The notes beneath the pieces were generated by a model. The model worked only from the letters and a program-made list of their open reading frames with translations, was not told the DNA's origin and searched no databases. A program made the position numbers and the translations under genes. A stretch of DNA of 54,526 nucleotides from Octopus bimaculoides (lineage: Eukaryota). Positions 1-11,720 of this stretch are shown here, in pieces (position 1 is the first letter of the stretch; each line of letters opens with the position of its first letter). Location: positions 16,898,166-16,952,691 of the forward strand of contig NC_068985.1 of NCBI RefSeq assembly GCF_001194135.2, in the 5' to 3' direction.

Positions 1-43
<43 letters not shown>

Positions 44-326
44 GACAGACAGACATTCTCATTTTTATATATATAGATAAGATCATGTGATTACATAGAG
101 ATTCTTTAGTTTGGCTCACCCAAGAAACAGTAGGCTAGTGGTTAGAGGTCTTAACTAATCAATTGGATGAAACTTTTTATAGGATGTTGTCTTATGCCTG
201 TGAGAATGTGTGTAACAATGACAGTTGTAGATTCATGAATACTACTTGGTGAGTTGCACTCAGAACTTGTAAGGTGTCAATATAAGAAGAAACTTAATCA
301 GATGCAGTTTTTGCAAGGCTACATAC

Positions 327-518
327 GGAGATCAGAAGTTAGGTTGTGAAACACAGCATTTGTAGTGACTTTAATGGCTTTAGCCAAGTATTGTTCATGA
401 GAAGGAAAAGTGTAGTGCATTGCTATTTCTTTCACATGTGTACTGATTGTGTTTTCATAATAATGAAGGAAATTATGTTTCATTCTCCTACTCAGGAAAG
501 TTTCCAAGATTGTTGCTC
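327..518 (-). CDS. Probable internal coding exon of a second minus-strand gene continuing past the window start (GATILETFLSRRMKHNFLHYYENTISTHVKEIAMHYTFPSHEQYLAKAIKVTTNAVFHNLTSDL)
   Basis: Acceptor ctacttttgctaatag|GA and donor CTCC|gtatgt; 192 nt, phase 1-1, open. The ending T.AVFHNLT is reminiscent of an FnIII strand in cytokine receptors, but identity is not established. Confidence 0.5.
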
Positions 519-749
519 CTATTAGCAAAAGTAGAATAGCAGCAAAAGACTATTAAGAGTGTACAATATCCATGAAAAAAAATGCACCCATTAAAAAGAA
601 AAATAAATTCCATAAAATACAAGGGTTGACCTCAAAGTAATGCAAAGGTGAGCCTAAGTTTTTTATTAAATGACATAAGTCATTCAATTTGTATATGTTG
701 GTAGAGTAACTATTCTTCCTGTTCATTTTTATTGCAGGCAAATAATGGG

Positions 750-1790
750 TTCCAAGTAGAAGCAATGTGCCATTATTGAGTTCTTGACAAAGGAGGGGTA
801 CAAGCTGCCATTATTGAGTTCTTGACAAAGGAGGGGGTACAAGCTGCCATTATTGAGTTCTTGACAAAAGAGGGGTACAAGCTGCCTGATTCAAAGAAGG
901 CTATAATTTGTTTACAAAGATCACATTATGGATGAAGTTTAAAGAGTAAACCAACATTGAAGATAACCCACTCGGTGGAACCACTGGCATGAATCACCAG
1001 CAAATGGATGAATTGATTTGCCAGAGGCAGATTAAATCCCTATTTGTCAACTTGCTGCACAGCTGGACAGTGGTTACAATACTTTTACAGAAGATGGTGG
1101 AAAACTTGGGGTATCAGGGATTTGAAAGAGAGAAAGGCAGGAATCTGTTCTGATTTGCTGGAAGCATTTGAAGCTAATGAAAACATTCTTCCTGATCTGT
1201 TGACAGGAGTGAAACATGGCTGTATCTTATATCCTTTAGATCAGAAAACAAAGCCTCAGTCCATGGAATGGTGGGTGTCACATTCTCTAAAGCTTAAGTT
1301 CAAGAGCCAGTGACTGGCACAGGAAGTTATGGTAACTGCCTTTTGGGAAGAGTGTCATTCTCTTTGATTTTCTTGAAGGTGACTATAAAATGGACAGTGA
1401 GTGGTACGTTGAAATGCTCAAAAGGTTTAGAGAACCCATTAGGAGGAAAACACTGAACAAGAATCTTAAAAACACTTAGACAATGCATGACCACATATAT
1501 TTTAGGCAATAAATCAGGCAAGCAGAAAAAATTGAATTGGTCAATGGCTCTCCATTTACTGTTACAGTCTGACCTGGCAACCTCTAACCTCCACCTGTTT
1601 GGTCTATTGAAGGTCTTTGGGAACAATAATTTGATGACAAAGTGAAAGTAGTGGTGAAAAAGTCGATACAACAGTGCATACAAGAAATTTTTCAAAGAGA
1701 ATTTGAGGGTTGGGTTCAACAATGGTGCAAATGCATCACTTGTATTGGAGACTATGTTGAGTGGTACCTTTGTATAGAGGAATGGTTACT
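750..1790 (+). mobile_element. Degenerate mariner (Tc1/mariner) transposase relic
   Basis: Broken frames with AIIEFLTKEG (N-terminal HTH), LLTG.ETW, KTKPQSMEW, KVMVTAFW, DNA.PH and a YSPDL-like segment ahead of LHLFGLLK. Confidence 0.8.
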
Positions 1791-1809
1791 GTACCAACAT
1801 CTACAAGTT

Positions 1810-2213
1810 AAATTACATCTGTCTGGCTTCCGTGCTAGTGGCCCGTAAATAGCACCATTTGAGCATAATCATTACCAGCGTCACCTTCTAGCACTTGTGC
1901 TGGTGGCACGTTAGAAAATCATTCGAGCGAGGTCATTGCCAGTGCTGCTGGACTGGCTCCTGTGCAGGTGGCACGTAAAAAACACCTTTTTGAGCATGGC
2001 CGTTGCCAGTACCATGTGATTGGCCCTCGTGCAAGTGGCACGTAAAAGCACCTACTACACTCTCGGAGTGGTTGGCGTTAGGAAGGGCATCCAGCTGTAG
2101 AAACTCTGCCAGATCAGATTGGAGCCTGGTGCAGCCTGCTGGCTTGCCAGTCCTCAGTCAAATCGTTCAACCCATGCTAGCATGGAAAGCAGAAGTATGA
2201 TGATGATGATGAT
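1810..2213 (+). mobile_element. SINE/LINE-tail family A ending in (GAT)n; other copies at ~20600-20820, 22650-22740, 35998-36130, 44243-44465, 49665-49920 (+) and 50955-51118 (-)
   Basis: Shared core gcacgtaaaagcacccactacactctcggagtggttggcgttaggaagggcatccagctgtagaaactctgcc...catgctagcatggaaagc in multiple copies within the window. Confidence 0.85.
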
Positions 2214-2879
2214 GTCAGTTAATAAAAAATGTTATGTCTACATTTGCGTTACTTTCAGGACAACTTTCATAGTTAACATTCAACATTATTATGAGTTAAA
2301 ACAAACTAAACAAGTTGCTAGATAGAATTGAAATGATAATTGCAAACATGTTACACATAGAATTGGTTGTCAAACCTTCAGAAATACAGCTAATGGGGAA
2401 CATTAAACAAATGAACAACAAAATATAGAAAATATTTAGAGGAAAAAGCAATATAGTCATTCAAGCTCTGTAATATTCCAATCCTAATGAAACCGTACCA
2501 TGAAATTACGTATTTATCAATTCAAAGAGGGAGCTTCTATGTGATTGCTTAACCTGCTAGAAATAGTAACTAAATCCAACATTCTCAAACAATATTTGGA
2601 TAATATAGTCCACAGATTTTGAAAACCACTTCCAGTGGGGGAATGACAACACAACCTCCTTCAACAACATTAAAATACAACCACTACAAGATTGTATTAA
2701 GGAAACAAATCTTAGAACACAAATTTCCTTTTTCATGAACACAGTTAAAGCCTTTCAAGCTGTTACAAATGCTAAACTCTTCCATCTGATTTCTTTATGT
2801 CATATATAAACATTGGAAAACTGTGTTGTAACAGTTTCTTCAGCCTTCATCTCACTAAAAAGTACAAGCGTGATCTACA

Positions 2880-3080
2880 TTAACCATTTAGCATTCAGAT
2901 TACTCTGTCAAATGTAATGCTTATTTATTCACGTTATTTTGAATCAATCAGGTATTATCTTGTAGCTTTGAGATTTTGATATGATTCTATATTTTTAGGA
3001 TAACAATTTAGAGTAAGAGTCTAGATCTGGCCAGTTCTAACATAAAACAAGTAGAAAATTTTGGCCAGTTTAAATGCTAT
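2880..3080. mobile_element. piggyBac-type MITE (degenerate)
   Basis: Starts TTAA-CCATTTAGCAT and ends ...TTTAAATGCTA; same terminus as the intact copy at 40844-40968. Confidence 0.55.
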
Positions 3081-3199
3081 AATAATTCATATAGGAGAAT
3101 CAACAGTCAAATTCTCCAAATTTGGAAGCTATACAAGAACAACAATTCTAAAGCTACAAAAACAAGTGATGTAACATGGACCCCCACCTCTTGTGCGCA

Positions 3200-3890
3200 C
3201 CCTCAAAAATTCTAGAAAAACTAATACATAACATCTTTAACCCCTTTCAGACCCAACCCTCATCTAAACTATAACACGCAAATGCCACGTAACTAATGAA
3301 TCTAACACAAAGAATACATGATGGCTTCAACAACAAAAAAACATCCCACTCATACCATTTTTACTACCATTGACATAAGTAATGCTTTCGACTTATTCCT
3401 TGCTAGCTCCTTATTCATAAGAGTACCTTAAAAAGCAACACAAAACACTGGCAAGAAAATCTGTTGCAACACAAGCTTATCTATTGTATAAGAACAACAC
3501 TTTCAGAATAAGCAATTTCCAGAATGTAACATTCCAGGCATCTGTCCTCTCACCCACGTTTTTCAATCTAGACTTACACAACCTTCCCATATCTCCTCAA
3601 AATATGTACATTTTTATATGCAGGTGACATCACACTCATTCAGAGACTTACTATACAAATACTCTAACCTTACATAAATCGCCAACATATCTTGCTTCAA
3701 AATAATAGACATAACGGTAACAGGTACCAAATACATTTTCTCCCTTCTTACCAGCAACATCATCAAATACAACCAACCATTACACTCAACAACATAAACA
3801 GAGAAAACAATAATACTAGCAACTACAAGGGCAGAGGGGAAGTCAAAAATTATCCATACTTTCACCATAACATATCTTTATTATTGTCAC
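3200..3890 (+). mobile_element. Degenerate LINE reverse transcriptase fragment
   Basis: Translated remnants IDISNAFD, SVLSPTFFNL and YAGDITL (YADD-like). Confidence 0.75.
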
Positions 3891-3894
3891 ACTG

Positions 3895-4085
3895 ACTTCT
3901 GCACATGCGTGCTTATAATTGGTACTGTTGTGGTCACATGATCAAAGTTTGAGCCTGATCACACCATTTTTCTTTCTTACTTTACAGTGTAAGCATACCT
4001 GCTCCACTAGCAATGTGCACTAAAGAAGAACAAAGAGCAATGATATGTTATGGCAAAAGTGCGGATAATTTTTGACTTCTTGTAT
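3895..4085 (+). mobile_element. 5' end relic of a mariner element
   Basis: MCTKEEQRAMIC resembles the mariner transposase N-terminus (TKEEQRAVIRF). Confidence 0.5.
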
Positions 4086-4738
4086 ATACAACATTTCCAC
4101 AACATTCAAAATAAATAGAAGACATTAAAAAACAACAATTTCATCATAGGCTCCACATTTGACGGAAAGTAAAAATAACCAAAATGTTCACAAAAAGTGA
4201 CTACATATCATCATGGATTGTACATCATAAACCGTTTCTATTTTTTTTTTAATATTTTGAGGATGATCAATAATGGTGAGGCTTAGTAGTGTGACCTTGA
4301 AAGTTATAGTTGCAAGCTGTTCATGTATAGTGGAGTGCAATTCCTGCACAATGAAAGAAAAAAAATGAAAGCATATTTGTATAAGCAAGGGGCATAGTTT
4401 GTTAGCAAGCCTCAACACACACTGTTTGATACCACAAAAAATCCCTTCCAAAAAACCTAGATACTTATATACAATACTTCAGAATGCTATGATAACATTG
4501 TTTTAATTTCCACTTTTCTAAGCTTGCATGGATCAGATAGAATCCACTGAAGTAGGCTTTCTGTGGCAAGATGCCCTTGTTACTAACCCTCATGTGTTTC
4601 CAAGCAATGTAATATATTCTCATGGCTGGATATGCTTCCATGGAAGACTGGAAATGAGGGATACCACTTTTATGACAGTGATGCTTGTTTACAAGTATAA
4701 CACAAGGAGACACAAACACTATACACACATATAAATAG

Positions 4739-4769
<31 letters not shown>

Positions 4770-4772
<3 letters not shown>

Positions 4773-5160
4773 AAAACAGGCTTCCATACAGTTTCTTATT
4801 TCTTTACTGCCCACAGGGGGCTACACACAGAGGGGACAAACAAAGACAGACAAACGGATTAAGTCCATTATATTGACCCCAGTGCTTAACTGGTACTTAT
4901 TTAATCGACCCTGAAAGGATGAAAGGCAAAGTTGACCTCAGAACGTAGCGGTAGACGAAATACAGCTAAGCATTTTGTCCGGCGTGCTAACGTTTCTGCC
5001 AGCTCACCGGCTTCTTCCAGTTTCTGTCAAGCAGATCGACTTACAAGGTTTTGCTCAGCCTAGGGCTATAGCTGAAGATACTTGCCAAAGCTATCAAGTA
5101 GTGGGATTGAACCCTAAATCAAGTAGTTAAGGAGCAAACTTCAACCACACAGCCATGTCT
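4770..5160 (-). mobile_element. tRNA-derived SINE family B interrupted by SINE family C (TSD cagtttct)
   Basis: Family C body lies between direct repeats at 4789-4796 and 5018-5025 inside a family B copy. Confidence 0.8.
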
Positions 5161-7919
5161 ATCCTAGTTTGTGTTTAAAAAAAAAAAAATGTAAAGGCCA
5201 TCCAGCTGAGTGGTGCAGACACTAATTGCTGTAATCATTAGCTTAAAGTTAAGCTGTTTCTTCTTTGTCTCTGTCATTGTAATACTTCGGGGAGCAAGTG
5301 CAGTGCCCATGACACTTTTCAGGGCCTTCAAAATTGGTGGAAGGAAAGAAAGAAGAAATTATGACTCACACGCTGCAGCAGTAGGAAACATCATATCAAG
5401 ACGCTGCATTATTCCCACAATAGCGACTTGGTCTAAATGCTTGCAAAAGAGCAGACTCTACTTAGGGTATTAAAGCACCAGATGGTTGTGTTAAACTGGG
5501 TAACAGGTTAACACAATAAGTAAAATACATATGACAAACTTTCTGCACGCTTTTCTGTCACCTCAGTTTCAGTTATCAGGCTTGGGTCAACCTAAGGCTA
5601 TAGTAGAAATAATCTGTCCTCTTAGTGTACAGTGGGATAGAACCCAGAACCACATAATTGTGAAGCAAACTTCTTTACACAGCCACATCTGTGTCCACTT
5701 TGTCTCACTTTCCTCCAAACCCTGCTCAGTCATTCATGTCTAGAACTATAGCTCTCAAGGACACATTCTTTGCCTTTGGTTATTGCTGGGATTATCGTAG
5801 GCACTGTCTATTCTCTTCTAAGAGGAAAAAAAAAAGTTTCTACTTTGGAGGACATATATTGCCACATCCTTCTGAAATGGCTTGAAAAGACTATTATCAA
5901 ACTAAACAATTTTTAGTTGCCTTTGATTTTGTAGTCTAAAATAATGCAAGTCTAAGGTTGAGCCATAAAAGCTACTAAACCTAACAAAGTCAGTCTACTC
6001 CTGTGAATTCACACACAAATTAGAGCAAAAGAGATTTTTCACCGAAATGAAAAAAAAAAAAGAAAATGATGTTTGACAGGGTTGTTGGAATGTGTGATTG
6101 ACAAGTGTTGTCCTCACTCCTTGTTCAGTTTATTACAATAACTATTTAGATATTTATAATCACAAATATCAGCTATATTTCACTCTTGACCCTATCATAT
6201 GCAAATTTCCAAGTCATATATTGATGGCAAATTTTAGCACAAGGCCAGCAATTTTAGGAATGGATAAGTTGATTACATCAACCTCAGTGTTCAACTAGTA
6301 CTTATTTTATCAACCCTGAAAGGGATGAAAGGATTTGAACTCAGAACAACAAATGAAATGCCATTAAGCATTTTGCCTGGCATGCTAATAATTCTGCCAA
6401 CTTGCTGCCTTAAATTTCCAGGTCATATCAACACAAGTTCATAATGCCTTTAATGAGATTTCATCCATAATTTCTCTAACATATGCAATTTTTCAAATTT
6501 TCCAAGATCATATCTTCACAAACAAGCTCAACTGGTCCTAATGAACACTTCAGGAAATATCTCTAAAGCAGACTGTCAATAGTGCAACATTCATTGTTGA
6601 AAATATTTCTTAGAAAGATAACAAAAAAAGAAAACGGTGGGGGGGAGGGGTTTCAAAAGAAGACTTGATGAAACAATTAGACATTGCTTTTAAAATCAAA
6701 TTAAAAGAAAATATATTTCAAAAATAATTTTTATATGCAAAAAAAAATAAATTATTTTCATTGTCTAAATGATTAAAAAAAAGAAGTTATGTACTAACAT
6801 TGGCTGTGGGTGGAATTTTAATACTAAGCTTTTACAATTATAGTGAGTGTTTTGACATTGACATCATGTATATAAGCACAACTACTGTGTCATTAACATT
6901 AGATAGTTATTGTTGAAGTGACAAAGTTTTGACAGTCATATTAACATAATAGCAAATATAGAACAAAGGTAGTTTTGTAGTTAGTTTTTTTTTTATAGTT
7001 TCTTATAAAGAAAAGAAACAAACTAAACTGAACATTCCAGTACAGAGCTGTCTACTTTTAAGTTGTAATTTCTATCAATTACCTTTGTTACAACTATTAT
7101 TTATAATAACAATACAGTATTATCACTTAATATCTTTCACAATGACGTTACAGGTAACAAAGTAAGAAAGAAGTTTTTAACATGGGAAAGTAATATGGTT
7201 CAACAAAAAGGAACTTTGCAGTCGCTTGTATTGTACGGAACTGTGATGCCTTCCCAATACTGCAAGTGAAAAATGTTGATCCATTTAGAGCTGTCAAAAA
7301 TAAGTAACACTGATATAGAGGTTGTTCATTCAACTCACTATATTTCTGTTTAAAAATGAAAAAATAAAAATAAAATAAAAATAAAAAAACTATAGTGTTT
7401 ATTCAAAAGAAAAAACTAGTTTAAAATTAAAATTTCTGACATGAGCAAAATGCCACAAATTGCAGGGAAGACATCAGAGTTAAACTAAAATCGACTCCAG
7501 TTAGTAACTGATGTTTATTTTAAGAAAAATAAAGCCCAGCAATACTTGAACTCAGAGCATAGCAGGACAAAACTGAAGACTGTTCTGCAATTAAACCAAG
7601 CACTATCATTTTTGGTTCTTCATGTAAGGGAAGGAAGAATCACTTATATGTGTGACAGTAACCATCATAAGGACGAAATAGATATGCATAAAAAACTGTC
7701 AACATTATTTCTAAACATAATCTAGATGCCTCCAGCCTTTCTGCAATTACTAAGATCACAACAATCTTTGAAACCACAAACGAACTCAGAACAAGTATTG
7801 AAAAATCTACGGTTGTTTACAATTCAGTTGAAATTATGTTACATGTGAAAGCATGGAAAATTAAAATCAGAAACAGTCAGGCCTAACAGAAAACTAAAAT
7901 CTATTGTGTCAATGTATCT

Positions 7920-9058
7920 ATTAAGAAAGAGATCTACTTTGGCTGCAGAATAATGAAGAGTTGTTAAGAAAACTAGTACAACAAACAGGGCAAGATCACC
8001 GACATAGTTGAGGTCAGAGAAATACAGGCTCTGCTGATGTCTTGATTGCTTCTGTTTGGGTTCAGTCGTGATTTTGCCCTTCGATGTGGCTCCACTACAA
8101 TCACCAAGAGTAAAGGAGCTGTACAGTCTCCCAGAGAATTCCTGTTATTGTTAGAAACTCTTTAGTTGGACCATCAATGTTTTGCACAAAGCTAACATCA
8201 CGAGGGGGATAGCTTTGGCCATCCTATCTGAGATGCCATAGCTCAACAGGATATGTAACACAGTCCTTCTGTTGAAACTACCTTAGGCCTTTGAGAAATT
8301 CACAAATACAGCTGATGCCTTTTGTTGGAGATTCTAAGATTTTCTTTGATTCTTCTAAGAGCAAGTATGTGTAATAATGTTGGTTTGTCTTTGCAGAAGC
8401 TGCTTGTTTCTCGATGCAAAGACTGGGTACAATAGCATCAATGATGATGAAAGTTACTTGTCAATTAGTTCCGATAATGGTACACAACCCAAGGAAGTTG
8501 GTGACTTCAAGTATCTTGGGTCCAATATTGCTGACAGTAAGAAAGACTCCCTGACATGCAAGGGACAAGCCGGAATTGCTCGTAACAGGTACAAAACATC
8601 TGGCAATTGAATATTTCAAAGTTAAAGAAGCTGGCCTTCTTCACAACAAGAGTAGATAGCATTCCTTTTATGGATCCAAAACCTGGACTGTGTGGGAGCT
8701 TCAAGACTGCCTTCATGGTACATGAAGGATTAAAACATCTCATGGCATAAGTACAAGATCAAAGAGGAGACTAATGAACATATTCTACATACATGCTATT
8801 GTCAATCAATGCAGGGTAGGATTTGGTGACCACTACTATTGTACTGAACAAAAAACCATATTAGACATGATATATAAGAGAATTCCACACTTTAATAGAG
8901 GATAAAGACCACACAACTACATTGATGTTATTGGCAGAGACACTAAACATGAAACTGAGGACCTACAAAAGCTAATGATAGAAATTCCTGGCACAGTGTG
9001 GTGAAACACATCTTTATTGCAGCCACTTGAACAATATATATATATATATATATATATA
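7920..9058. mobile_element. RTE-clade LINE with an inverted 5' segment
   Basis: The minus strand 8385 to 7920 encodes RRIKE..SAVFVNFSKA, GPTKEFLTITGI and LSDLNYVGDLAL...AAKVDLFLN. The plus strand 8405 to 9035 continues LFLDAKT...GDFKYLGS and ends in (TA)n. Confidence 0.8.
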
Positions 9059-9494
9059 CATACATGTAAAATGCTGGAGTTTATTGCCTTCTTTCAACAT
9101 GCCTGAATGTTATGACTCATCTCCTCAGACATGAGTCTTAACAACTGGGTATGTATATATAAATGTATGATTATATCTCTTTCATATAACTGTAAGGCAG
9201 CACAGAAATATTGGTGGCTAAAGCATATATATGCAGAGATACCATAGTGTTCAGGAAGACTTTTTAGTCTTGTCAAAAGAAGACCTTTCTAGAGCTGGAG
9301 TCATGAAAATATGCCCTCAGTATGGACTACAAAAAAGTTAGTGTTAGGGAGGGCATTCAACTGATGTAAATGAGAGTCATAGTTTCCTGGCCAACTCCAA
9401 GAAAGCAATAACTTAAACAAGGACTCTGACTTTAACAACCTGCCTAACCCATGCCAGAATGGAAAGCAAATGTATGATGATAGTGATGATTATC

Positions 9495-9543
9495 TATGTA
9501 TGTCTGTGTGTGTGTGTGTGCATATATACACACACACACACAC

Positions 9544-9624
<81 letters not shown>

Positions 9625-9630
9625 TATACA
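9495..9630. repeat. Compound (TG)/(CA)/(TA) microsatellite
   Basis: Directly visible. Confidence 0.95.
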
Positions 9631-9829
9631 TCAGTGTTTGATACTAGGTCATCAATTGTTTATTGTGGTACATTGTGTAGAGGATTGCCCTAGTCATTTT
9701 TCTCTGTTAGGAGTGAAAGGGAAGTCGACATCCCACTCCTCAGTTTATTGCCTAGCTAATAGGTAGTTTTAATACAGTTCACACTGTTGTAAGTTTTCAG
9801 ATCAGGTTCTCATTAGGACGTTATTATAA

Positions 9830-11720
9830 GCAGAGTGCACCAACAGCCTCTACATTTCCCAAGATGCCAAACCATAACTAAATCTGCTGAACAAATTCTC
9901 AGTATTTTCAAACAGCCGTTGACTACAATCCAGCCTAGATCCTACATCCTTATCCATGTAGTCTATATCTGCTGTCCAGGCTACACTCTTTACTCAAAAC
10001 TTCATTCAGATGTCTGCACATATGTAGCTTCCACTTTCTCTGCCACTCGCTTACCTCACCTAGATATCAGCAACAAAGACTTCAAGTGATTTTCTCCCAA
10101 TGTTTCTCTCCCTCACTCCTCCTGCCATTAACTACTCTCAGCTCATATCCCTTCTAACACTGAGGGCATCTATCTAACTTCATCCCTCTCCACAAAAAGC
10201 CATTTTGTCCTCACCATTTACCTCACCTCTTATCTCATACTGATGTCACCAGTGTAGAAACTAATCTTATGCAATCCTCAATTTTTCACATCAAATAGCT
10301 TCACCTTATCGTGTATTCTTCAAACATACATGATTGCACAATACATCTCTCACTTCCTGGACTCTATGGCACTTCAAATCAGGTTATTGCTTAGACCCCA
10401 ACAAGTTTTATACTAACTAGCCCAAAAAGTACTTGTGTGCTACCTCTAACCTGTCTGAAACAGCTAGCTGAGTAACTGAAATTATCTTCTTAGACATGTC
10501 CTCCACATTCCACAAACACCACAGCCCAAATCCCCCAACTCATAATTGTGCTGAAATAGTTTAGGCCAAAAAACATGGCTTACAATACTTGGAGAAAATT
10601 ACACACTCTTACAAACTGGATGGCTTGTCCCCAACATGGTAATTCCTGCAAGATCATCATTCAGACTTCAACTAAGTCATGAAAGTTCTTACAAAAGAGC
10701 TTAAAATATTAGGCCTCTCATGGTGAACCACTCATCAACACAGCAAAGCAGTTCTATTCAGCATGCAGTCTACCTGACCATATGCAATATAGCATGCAGT
10801 CTAACCCGAAACCCCAACTCAGATCAGGTCATTTCACAGCATACACTATGGATACTGTGGAAAACCACATGCTAAATTAGCAATGACTGTGCTTCCTTTT
10901 CAGAGTCCAAAAATATTTTGTCCCCAAAAAACTACTCTTTCTATTCTCCACAAAACTCAGGTGAGACCCACAACAGAGAACTGCTTCCACATCTAAGATG
11001 GTGCTGCAATTACTACACATACCGACATCCTAGACCATATCCAAAGAGAGATTACTTATGCATGAAATTACTCACAAACACAAATGGATCCATGTCTGTT
11101 TTCTCTTTCTACCTTCTTTACCAAAACATCTTTCAACTGGGACATGGAACCCTAATCTGATTCAACAGCAAAAGGAAACTAGCTATACATATCAAGAAAT
11201 GGTCTTGTATCAGAGCCCCTCTAATTATGAACAACAAGCAATTAAAAAGCCCTCAAAGTCACCACACATGCTAGACTTCCCAATTTCTGATTATATCTCA
11301 CAGTAATCTTAGATTGCCAGAGTAACATCCCAAAGACTAGGCTTTAAATACTATAACTCTGATTAGTTGCCAACTCTCTGTAAAGCTCAAGTAAAATTAA
11401 TGTTGGAATACAGCTTACATATCACTATCTCAACTGCAATAGCCTGTGCTTTTCTGAACTATCAAACTACATTCCCCCTCCCAAATCTCAGTTTCTTTAA
11501 ACTACTTTCTTACCTACATAGGTTTAAACTGAATACCAGCTATAACCGGCCCATCAGTCAACAAAAATGTAGTTGTGCTCAACTAATGAAAAAAAGAAAT
11601 TGCCAGCAGATATTGAACATTTGAAAGGCCTAATGCACTCAGATATAGTTTTATCCTAGTTTCCATGATGTAACCTCCACACATATAATTCAAATGACTT
11701 CTAATCTTGATCCCACTTGA
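9830..11720 (+). mobile_element. Old degenerate LINE (CR1/L2/Jockey-like RT region)
   Basis: C-rich, A-rich coding-like strand with remnant LPTLCKAQVKLMLEYS (typically TLYKAQVRPILEY). Confidence 0.55.

Noticed and set aside
768-886. Short direct repeats resembling a CRISPR array
   Set aside because: The units are head-to-tail with no spacers, lie inside a mariner relic, and there are no cas genes; this is eukaryotic DNA.
6474-6522. 49-bp match to 35045-35093 as proof that the two minus-strand genes are duplicates
   Set aside because: It is too short and adjoins repeat-like sequence at 34950-35045, so it is more likely a dispersed repeat fragment; unresolved without a genome-wide search.
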